Origin: Squalus acanthias
Taxonomy: Eukaryota
Length of the DNA: 64,000 nt
Assembly: GCA_030390025.1 (NCBI GenBank)
Contig: JASTWF010000034.1
Coordinates: 1,240,001 to 1,304,000 of the forward strand
Direction: 5' to 3'
Shown: piece after piece, positions 12,301 through 23,200 of the stretch
Layout of the letters: each line of letters starts with the position of its first letter
Numbering within the stretch: position 1 is the stretch's first letter
Notes under the pieces: generated by a model
Database searches by the model: none
Seen by the model: only the letters and a program-made list of their open reading frames with translations
What the model was told of the DNA's origin: nothing
Program-made: the position numbers and the translations under genes

Positions 12301-15293
12301 GTGCAGCCCGCGTTAGATACCGAATAAAGCTCCCTCTACACTGTCCCATCAAACACTCACAGGGCAGGTACAGCACAGGTAAGATACAGAGTAAGGTTGC
12401 CTATACATGTTGCATCAAACACTCTCAGGCCAGTTACAGCACCGGTTTGATGCAGAGTAAAGATCCCTCTACAGAATCCCATCAAACACTCCCAGGGCAG
12501 GTACAGCAATGGTTAGATGAAGAGTAAAGATCCCTCTACAGAATCCCATCAAACACTCCCAGGGCAGGGACAGCAATGGTTAGATACAGAGTAAAGATCC
12601 CTCTAAACTGTCCCATCAAACAGCCCCATGGCAGGTACAGCACGGGGTTAGATACAGAGTAAAGCTCCCTCTACACTGTCCCATCAAACACTCGCAGGAC
12701 AGGTACAGCACGGGTTAGATACAGAGTGAAGCTCCCTCTACACTGTTCCATCAAACAATCGCAGGGCAGTTAGTGCATGGGTTAGGTACAGAGTAAAGCT
12801 CCCGCTACACTGTGCCATTAAACACTCCCAGGGCAGGTACAGCACGGGGTTAGATATAGAGTAAATCTTCCTCTACACTGTCCCATCAAATATTCCCAGG
12901 CATGTACAGCCCGTGTTAGATACTGACTTTTGCTCCCTGTTTACTATCAAATCAAAAATTCCCAGGCCAGGTACTGCACGGGTGAGATACAGAGTATAGC
13001 TCACTATACATTGTGCTATCAAACACACCAAGGGCAGATAGAACAATGGTTAGATACAGAGTAGAGCTCCATCTGCACTGTCCCAACAAACAGTCCCGGG
13101 GCAGGTGCAGCATGGATTAGATATGGAATGAAGCTCCCTCTACACTGTTGCATCAAACACTCCCAGGGCAGGTACAGCACAGGTTAGTTACAGAGCAAAG
13201 TTCCCTCTACACTTTCCCATCAAACACTCCCAGTTTAGATACAGCACAGGTAAGATGCAGAGTAAAGCTACCTATACACTGTCCCATCAAACACTCCCAG
13301 GACAGGTACAGCACAGGTAAGATGCAGAGTAAAGCTACCTATACACTGTCCCATCAAACACTCCCAGGACAGGTACAGCACAGGTAAGATGCAGAGTAAA
13401 GATCCCTCTACAGAATCCCATCATACACTCCCAGGGCAGGTACTGCAATGGTTAGATATAGAATAAAGCTCCCTCTACACTGTCCCATCATACACTCCCA
13501 GGGCAGGTGCAGCACAGGTTAAATGCAGAGTAAAGCTCCCTCTATACTGTCCCATCAAACACTCCCAGGGCAGGTACAGCACGGGTTAGGTACAGAGTAA
13601 AGCTCCCTCTACACTGCCCACCAAACACTCCCAGGGCAGGTACAGCACAGGGTTAGATACAGAGTAAAGCTCCCTCTACACTGTCCCATCAAACACTCCC
13701 AGGGCAGGTACAGCACGGGTTAGATACAGAGTAAAGCTCCCTCTGCACTGCCCCACCAAACACTCCCAGGGCAGGTACAGCACGGGTTAGATACAGAGTA
13801 AAGCTCCCTCTGCAGTGCCCCACCAAACACTCCCAGGGCAGGTACTGCACGGGTTAGGTACAGAGTAAAGCTCCCTCTACACTGGCCCATCAAACACTCC
13901 CAGGGCAGGTGCAGCACGGGTTAGATACAGAGTAAAGCTTCCTCTACACTGTCCCATCAAACACTCCCAGGGCAGGTACAGCACGGGTTAGATACAGAGT
14001 AAAGCTCCCTCTGCACTGCCCCTCAAACACTCTCAGGGCAAGTAGTGCACGGGTTAGGTACAGAGTAAAGCTCCCTCTACACTGGCCCATCAAACACTCC
14101 CAGGGCAGGTGCAGCACGGGTTAGATACAGAGTAAAGCTTCCTCTGCACTGCCCCACCAAACACTCCCAGGGCAGGTACAGCACGGGTTAGATACAGAGT
14201 AAAGCTCCCTCTGCAGTGCCCCACCAAACACTCCCAGGGCAGGTACTGCACGGGTTAGGTACAGAGTAAAGCTCCCTCTACACTGGCCCATCAAACACTC
14301 CCAGGGCAGGTGCAGCACGGGTTAGATACAGAGTAAAGCTTCCTCCACACTGTCGCATCAAACTTTCTCAGGCAGGTACAGCCCGCGTTAGATACCGAAT
14401 AAAGCTCCCTCTACACTGTCCCCTCAAACACTCTCAGGGCAAGTCGTGCATGGATTACATACAGAGTAAAGCTCCCTTTACACTGTCCTATCAAAAACTG
14501 CCAGGGCAGGTAAAGCACCGGTAAGACACAGATTAAAACTCCCTCTACAAAGACCTTCAAACATTCCCAGGAAGATACAGCAGGGTTAGATACAGAGTAA
14601 AGCTCCCTCTACAAAGACCCTTCAAACATTCCCAGGGCAAGTACAGCACGGGGTTAGATGCAGAGTAAAGCTCCCTCTACACCGTCCCATCAAACACTCC
14701 CAGAGCAGGTACAGCACTGTTTTGAAAGAGTAAAGCTCCCTCATCACAGTCCCATTAAATACTCGCAGGGCAGGTAGTGCACGGGTTAGGTACAGAATAA
14801 AGCTCCCTCTACAAAGACCTAGCGAACACTCCCAGGGCAGGTACAGCACGGGTTAGATACAGAGTAAAGCTTCCTCTACAAAGACCCTTCAAATATTCCC
14901 AGGACAAGTACAGCACGGGTTCGATACAGAGTAAAGATCCCTCTAAACTGTCCCATCAAACAGCCCCATGGCAGGTACAGCACGGGGTTAGATACAGAGT
15001 AAAGCTCCCTCTACACCGTCCCATCAAACACTCCCAGAGCAGGTACAGCACTGTTTTGAAAGAGTAAAGCTCCCTCATCACAGTCGCATTAAATACTCGC
15101 AGGGCAGGTAGTGCACGGGTTAGGTACAGAATAAAGCTCCCTCTACAAAGACCTAGCGAACACACCCAGGGCAGGTACAGCACGGGTTAGATACAGAATA
15201 AAGCTTCCTCTACAAATACCCATCAAACACTCCCAGGGCAGATACAGCACGGGTTGGATACACAGTAAAGCTCCCTCTACCCTGTTCCATCAA
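9340..15293 (+). repeat. 67-bp satellite (ACAGCACGGGTTAGATACAGAGTAAAGCTCCCTCTACACTGTCCCATCAAACACTCCCAGGGCAGGT)
   Basis: Directly visible tandem array, ~6 kb, with variable divergence. Confidence 0.97.
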
Positions 15294-18200
15294 ATTAGAG
15301 AGATGTATGCGTAGCTCAAAGACTGGTATCGGAGAAATTGGTTTCGCTTCCTGGGGCACTAGCACCAGTACTGGGGAAAGTGGGATCTGTACCGTTGGGT
15401 TGGTCTTCACCTGAACCGTGCTGGGACCAGTGTTCTGGCGAGTCATATAACTAGGGCGGTAGAGAGGGCTTTCAACTAAATATTGGGGGCCAGGGATCAA
15501 ATCTGGGAAGATGTGGTAAATCAAAGTGTAGAAACAAGACAAGAGAGAAAGGTATTAATATGGGAAATGATAAACAGATCATGACGGGGAGGGATAGAGA
15601 GTACAAATCTAAGAGTAAATCAACAGATAAGGCTAAAGGTTACAAAGATAATAAAAGGACAACACTAAAGGCTCTGTATCTGAATGCACGTAGCATTCGA
15701 AACAAAACAGATGAACTGATGGCGCAAATAGAATTAAATAAGTACAATCTGATAGCCATTACAGAGACATGGCTGCAGGATGACAAACATTGGGACCTGA
15801 ATATTGAAGGGTACATGATATTTAGGAAAAAGTGGAGAGGTGGCTCTGTAAATTAATAATGGTATTAGTGAAATCGAGGGATGACTTAAGTTCAGGAAAC
15901 CAGGATGTAGAAGCGGTTTGGGTAGAGATGAGAAATGATGAAGGCAAGAAGTCACTTGTGGAAGTGCTGTACAGGCCCCCTAACAGTAACCACACGTTAG
16001 GATGGAGTATCAAGGAAGAAATAATGGGAGCTTGTTAGAAAGGTACGGCAATAATCATGGGGGATTTTAATCTACATATAGATGGAAAAATCAGATGGGC
16101 AAAGGTAGCCTACATGAGGAGTTCATAGAATGTTTTTGGGACAGTTTCTTAGAACAGCACGTTCTGGAGCCAACCAGAGAGCAGGCTATAGTAGACACAA
16201 GATCAGATTAATGAATGACCACATAGTGAAGGTGCCCCTAGGTCGCAGCGATCAGAATATGATTGAATTTTACACTCAGTTTGAGGGAGAGAAGATTTGG
16301 TCCAAGACTAGTTTTTTTTCAACTTAAATAAGGGCAATTATGAGGGCATGATAGCAGAGCTAGCTAAAGTGAACTGGCAAACTAGAGTAAGCGATAGGTC
16401 AATAGAGCTGCAGTGGCAAACTTTTAATGGGATATTTCAGAATACACAGAATAGATCCATTCCAACGAGAAAGAAAAATTCCAAGGGGAGGACCCACCAT
16501 CCGTGGTTAACTAAAAAAGTTAAAGATAGTATCAAACTTAAAGAAAAAGCATATAATTGTGCAAAGATGGGTGGCAGGTCAGAAGATTGGACAGAATATA
16601 AACAAACAGCAAAGAATTACTGAAAGATTAATAAGGAGAGAAAAATGAGAGTACGAGAGAAAGCTCGCTAGAAATATAAAAACAGATAGTAAGAGTTTAT
16701 ATAGATATTCTAAAAAGAAAAGAGTTAAGAAAGGGAGCATTGGTCCTATAAAAAGTGAGACTGGGGAATTAATAATGGGAAATAAGGAGATGGCAGTTGA
16801 ATTTAACAGGTATTTTGCATCGGTCTTCACTATAGAGGATACAAGTAACATCCCAGAAACAGCTGTAAATCAGGAAATGGAAGGGAGGGAGGAAGTCAAG
16901 AAAATTACAATCACCAGCGAAGTAGTACTGAGGAAATTGTTGGAGATGCGGGCTGACAAGTCCCCGAGTCCTGATGGACTTCATTCTAGGGTCTTAAAAG
17001 AAGTAGCTAGTGAGATAGTTGATGCGTTGGTTTTAATTTTCCAAAATTCCCTCGATTCGGGGAAGGATCCATTAGATTAGAAATTAGCGATTGTAACTCC
17101 TTTATTCAAAAAGGGAGGGAGACAGAAAGCAGGAAACTACAGGCCAGTTAGCTTAACATCTGTCTTAGGGAAGATGCTAGAAACTATTATTAAAGACGTT
17201 ATAGCAGGGCACTTGTAAAAGTTCAAGGTAATCAGGCAGAGTCAGCATGGTTTTGTGAAAGGGAAATCATGTTTAACCAATTTATTGAAGTTCTTTGAGG
17301 AAGTAACATGTGCTGTGGATAAAGGGGAACCGGTGGATGTACTGTACTTAGATTTCCAGAAGGCATTTGGTAAGGTGCCACATCAAAGGTTATTTCGAAA
17401 AATAAAAGCTCATGGTGTAGGGGGTAACATATTGGCATGGATAGAAAATTGGCTAGCTAACCGGAACAGAGTGTAGGCATAAATGGGTCATTTTCTGCTT
17501 CGCAAATGTAATGTGTAGTGTGCCACAGGGATAATGCTGGGGCCTCAACTTTTTACAATTTATATAAATGACTTGGATGAAGGGACCGAAGGTATGGTTG
17601 CTAAAGTTGCTGATGACAAAAAGATAGGTAGGAAAGTAAATTGTGAAGAGGACATACGGAGGCTACAAAGGTATATAAATCGGTTAAGTGAGTGGGTAAA
17701 GATCTGGCAAATAGAGTATAATGTGTGAAAATGTGCAATTGTGCATTTTGGCAGGAAAAATAAAAGATAAGCATATTATCTAAATGGTGAGAGATTGCAG
17801 AGCTTTGAGATGCAGAGGGTTCTGGGTGTCCTAGTGCATGAATTGCAAAAGGTTAGTATGCAGGTACAGCAAGTAATTAGGACAGCTAATAGAATGTTAA
17901 CGTTTATTGCGAGGGGAATTGAATACAAAAGTAGGGAGTTTATGCTTCAGTTATAGAGGGCATTGGTGAGACCACATCTGGAGTAATGAGTACAGTATTA
18001 GTCTCCTTATTTAAGGAAGGATGTAAATGCGTTGGAAGCAGTTCAGAGAAGGTTTACTAGACTAATAACTGGAATGGGCGGGTTGTCTGATGAGGAAAGG
18101 TTGGGCAGGCTAGGCTTGTATCCACTGGAGCTTAGAAGAGTAAGAGGTGACTTGATTGAAACCTATAAGATCCTGAGGGGTCTTGACAGGGTGGATGCGG

Positions 18201-18535
18201 AGAGGATGTTTCCTCTTGTTGGAGAATCTAGAACTAGGGGTCACTGTTTAAAAATAATGGAGCGCCCATTTTAGACAGAGATGAGGAGAATTTTTTTTCT
18301 CACAGAGGGTCGTGAGTCTTTGGAACTCTGTTCCTCAGAGGGCGGAGGAAGCAGAGTCTTTGAATATTTTTAAGGCGGACGTAGATAGATTCTTGATCAG
18401 CAAGGGGGTGAAAGGTTATCGGGGGTTGGATGGGAATGTGGAGTAATCAGATCAGCCATGATCTTATTGAATGGCGGAACAGGCTTGAGGGACCGAATGG
18501 CCGACTCCTGCTCCTAATTCGTATGTTCGTTATGT
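15294..18535 (+). mobile_element. CR1 LINE: 3' end of ORF1 (esterase-like) plus near full-length disrupted ORF2 (endonuclease + RT) and tail
   Basis: ORF1 remnant ...GLHLNRAGTSVLA...; endonuclease LYLNARSIRNK...[22 protein letters not shown]...YLDFQKAF...LGPQLFTIYINDL...ADD; several stops and frameshifts; tail attcgtatgttcgttatg. Confidence 0.93.
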
Positions 18536-18549
18536 ACCTGCCCCGGGGG

Positions 18550-19240
18550 GATTGGGAGGGGCTTGACCGCTTTAACATTTTTCCAGGCTGCTCTTTGATT
18601 GATTGGCTCCCTGCTCCTGTGTGATGTCACTTGGAAACAGGGCCCCGCCCCTGGTTACGGCCCATCAGTGGGATGTCAGTGTGGGAGGAGCTGGAGTGTC
18701 CGCTGACACTGGCAGTGAGTTTAGTACCAATAAACAGGGCAAAGGGCTGAAAGGAACAATTTAATATTAATGTAAGTAATTCAAATACACATTCATTGCA
18801 AATATAATGAAATTAGATACAATCCCAGTCACAAAAACAGCCCAACTGTATTCCAGGTACTGGATTTGGGATTAATATGAATCATTTTTGTATTGACAGT
18901 CTCTGGGAGTGAGCAATATCTCAGGAAGGTGGAGAGAGAGAAGTCGAATCATCGCCTCACTGACTGGGACTGGAGAAATGTCTCTGGGTTCACAGAGCAG
19001 ATATGGTGGGATCGAGACCCCTCGTTTCGGAGACGGGATAAAACGGAAAGCTTCAACAATGATTGGAAAGGTGAGGAACTTTACTGAGAATTCCAGCAGT
19101 CCAGGATATTGCTGAGGTGAGAGTCTAACCAGATACTGGGAGCTGGTTAACATCTGCCATCAGGCTCGGCCTTTGATGTGGCAAGTTGAGCGGAGCTTAA
19201 CTTGGAGATAAACCTTGCCCGTGCCTCACCCGGGTATGTT
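18550..19240 (+). promoter_or_regulatory. Promoter/exon cassette, copy 2 (ATTGG/CCAAT, GC box, donor at 18715, 171-bp exon 18900-19070)
   Basis: All splice signals intact; exon is open in two frames and has an ATG (MSLGSQSRYGGIETPRFGDGIKRKASTMIGK|). Confidence 0.55.
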
Positions 19241-19389
19241 TGATGCTTACATGTAGAGGGATCTTTATTCTGTTTTCACCCCATGCTGTACCCGAGCTGG
19301 TTGTGCTTCATTGGGTAGTGTCAAGCGAGCTGTACGTTGCATTGAACACATGATGTATCAGAGTTGCTTGTGTTGATGAATCAAATTGG

Positions 19390-19925
19390 AGGGGCCTTTA
19401 CTCTGTACCACACCCGTGCTGTCCCGGCCCTGGGAATGTTTGGTGGGGCAGTGTAGAGGGAGCTTTACTTTGTATCTAACCCGTGCTGTACCTGCCCTGG
19501 GAGTGTTTGATGGGACAGTGTAGAGGGAGCTTTACTCTGTATCTAACCCGTGCTGTACCTGCCCTGGGAGTGTTTGATGGGGCAGTGTAGAGGGAGCTTT
19601 ACTTTGTATCTAACCAGTGCTGTACCTGCCCTGCGAGTGTTTGGTGGGACAGTGTAGAGAGAGCTTTACTCTGTATCTAACCCGTGCTGTACCTGCCCTG
19701 GGAGTGTTTGATGGGGCAGTGCAGAGGGAGCTTTACTCTGTATCTAACCAGTGCTGTACCTGCCCTGGGAGTGTTTGGTGGGACAGTGTAGAGGGAGCTT
19801 TACACTGTATCTAACCCACTGTACCTGCCCTGGGACTGTTTGGTGGGGAAGTGTAGAGGGAGCTTTACTTTGTATCTAACCCACTGTACCTGCCCTGGAG
19901 GTATTTGATGAGAGCTTTACTCTCT
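19390..19925 (-). repeat. 67-bp satellite array, minus orientation
   Basis: Reverse complement of the 67-bp unit in tandem. Confidence 0.93.
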
Positions 19926-20209
19926 AACAGAGGATTACAGGGGGTAGACAGCACAGAACCAGGCCATTCGACCCAACCAGTCCATGCCAGCGTTTATGCT
20001 CCACTCGAGCCTCCTCCCGTCTTACCTCACCTAATTCTATCAACGTAACCCTCTATTCCCTTCTCCCACATATGCCTATCTAACTGCACCTTAAATACAT
20101 CAATACTATTTGCTTCAACCACTCCCTCTGGTAGCGAGTTCCACATTCTCATCACTCTCTGGGTAAAGAAGTTTCTTCTGAATTCCCTTATTGATTTCTT
20201 GGTGACTAT

Positions 20210-23200
20210 TGTGGTAACACAATACAGCTTCCTGTGACTCGAACTTTATTGCATCACTTCCTGTGATTAGTCCAGGATAAATACTGGACTGAGCAGTTGG
20301 ATCCTGGAGAGGCATAGAGTAAGACCTCTTTTGTATGTAGCACCTTTTTAGTTGATTAAAGCTTACTTTAAGTTCACCACGCGTAAGGCTCATTCTTACG
20401 ACAATTTAATCAACTTTGAAAAACTTCGCACTCAAACTTTTTGGACGAACTCGGAACTAAGGATCCAGGGAATCACCCATCATGGAAAACATCCTTAAAC
20501 CATCGCGTCTTGACTTGGACCCAAACACCCCAGCAGCCGGTAAGGTGTGGAAACACTGGTATCGCACGTTTGACAATTTTCTCGAATATTGCAAGGCTGA
20601 TGATGACACAAAGTTGCGGATACTCATCAACTGTGTCACTCCGAATGTATTTCAGTATGTTGAGGAATGGGGCAGTTACGAGGAGGCAATTCGGACGCTT
20701 AAAAGACTATATACTAAGACACCGAATGAGGTCTATGCCAGACATCTACTAGCTACAGCCCAACAAGGGCCGGAGGAATCCATTGATAAATTCCTCCAAG
20801 AGCTTCGCAGACTTAGTATGGACTGTAACTTTCAGGCGGCCTCAGCTGAGCTGTACCGTGAAGAAATGATCCGTGATGCTTTCATCTGCGGGCTTGCCTC
20901 CCCATTTATACGCCAGCGTCTACTGGAAAGTAAGACACTTGAGCTTCAGAGAGCTTATGACATGGCTTGCTCTCTAGATCTGGCAAAAAGAAATGCAGAC
21001 CTTTATACAGTGCCCAGACCTCGGTCTGCTGCCTTAACTACAGTCAGGCAATTTAAGAGGCCACAGGTGAACTCTATTAGGGAGGACTTTATCCCTGACG
21101 ATCAATCTGATGACTTCACTGATGAAGAGGATGATGACCCCACTGTGGCAGCCTCTTGGCAATCTAAGAAATGCTTCTTTTGTGGTGATGAGTTTCACCC
21201 TCGGAAATTCTGCCCTGCTCGCAATGCGTTTTGCAGTCATTGCAACAAAAAGGGTCATTTTGCAAAGGTTTGCCTATCAAGAGCCTCTACGAGGGCTTAT
21301 CAAGCTAAGTCCTACCGAACTGCCCCGGTAAGGGCCTATCAAGATGTTCCGGCTAAAATCTATCGTGCTTCCTCTCGGGTTTTCTCTCGAAGAAACACAC
21401 CTAGAGTTTCAGCCACTCTTTGTGCAACGACACCAATTACAGCTGCTTGTCCTCAGAACCTATTCCATGCAGCTACAAAAGCATCAATTAATGGACATAC
21501 TTTAGATGCCTTAATTGACTCAGGTAGCACTGATAGTTTCATTAGGGAACAGATTGTTGCAGAGTTAAAGCTACATGTTTTCCCATCGGACCAGGCAATT
21601 GCGATGGCTCAGTCATCACTTAATACCAGAATTTCTGGCTTTTGTATGGTTGAAATAACACTTAATGGTCACAGGTATCCCTCCACCCGGCTTTCGGTGC
21701 TCAAGGACTTATGTAGTGATCTTATCTTAGGGCTGGATTTTCAAAAGCAGCATAAGAAGCTCACCATTGAGTTCGGCGGATCCAAACCTGAACTCACTAT
21801 TTCTAATATACGACCTCGATTACCGTTCTGTGCATTGTCAGCAGCTTCACTGGATGAACCCTCACTGTTTACCAGTATCCCTCCTCGATGCAAACCGATT
21901 ATAACAAAGTCACGACGTTTCAGTCAGGAAGACCAGTCTTTTATTGCGGCTGAGATTTCTCGGCTTTTAGCAGAGGATATCATCGAGCCTTGTTCGTCGC
22001 CATGGCGCGCCCAGGTCGTTATTGTTAAGAACCCTCTACAACCTCACAAGAAACGGCTGTGCATTGACTATTCACAGACCATCAATCAATATACGGACTT
22101 GGACGCATACCCATTGCCGCGCATCGATGATATGGTTAATAAACTGGCTGAGTACACGGTGTTCTCAACATATGATCTGAAAAGTGCCTATCATCAGGTA
22201 CCCTTGAAGGTCTCAGACAAGCAGTATACGGCCTTTGAAGCCAATGGACGGCTGTATCAATTTCGTCGCCTCCCCTTTGGGGTCACTAATGGAGTGGCTG
22301 TCTTCCAGCGAGCAATGGATGACCTGGTCAAACAGGAAGACTTGAAGGATACGTTTCCTTATCTGGACAATATTACTGTCGCAGGTCGCAATCAGCGGGA
22401 GCATGACGCCAATCTCCAACGATTTTGGGATGCACTCCAGCACCGTAATTTGACATTAAATGCGGCTAAATCCATTGAGTCACAACCAACCATCAACATC
22501 CTTGGCTATTGTGTGGGCAATGGCATCATTAAACCTGACCCTGAAAGGCTTCGCCCACTCCAAGAACTCCCGCCACCTAAGAATCCGGCCTCCTTGCGCC
22601 GGGCCCTCGGCCTGTTTGCATACTATGCTAAATGGATTCCTAACTTCTCGGACCGAATCCAACCTCTACTGAAGGCCAGCACATTCCCACTAGACACAGC
22701 GGCTGTTGCAGCCTTTAACCTCCTGAAAAAACAGTTGGAGAAAGCGGCTCTTCACTCCATCGATGAGAGTCTTCCTTTTGTTGTTGAGTGTGATGCCTCG
22801 GAGGTGGCGATCTCGGCCACTCTGAATCAGGAAGGTCGTCCGGTGGCATTTTTGTCCAGGACTTTTCAAGGGGCTGAGCTACATTATCCTCCAGTCGAGA
22901 AAGAAGCTACAGCCATCATAGAGGCAGTACGGAAGTGGACTCATCTCCTAGCTCGTCAGCACTTTACCTTAATCACGGACCAGCGATCGGTCGCCTTCAT
23001 GCTCGATAATCGAAAACGGACCAAAATTAAAAATAATAAAATCCAGCTTTGGCGGCTGGAATTGGCCTCTTTTGGTTACACCATCCACTATCGACCTGGC
23101 AAGGAGAATGTGGCTCCGGATACCCTCACACGAGCATTCTGCTCCGCCATGGCACCCTCTACGCTCGTAGACATCCATGATGGGTTGTGTCATCCGGGCG

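Noticed and set aside
9340..15293. CRISPR-like array
   Set aside because: Units are head-to-tail with no unique spacers, there are no cas genes, and the context is eukaryotic. The same applies to the other arrays.
363..15293. V(D)J recombination signal-like CACTGT/ACAGTG hexamers in satellites
   Set aside because: No correctly spaced nonamer and no V/D/J segments seen.
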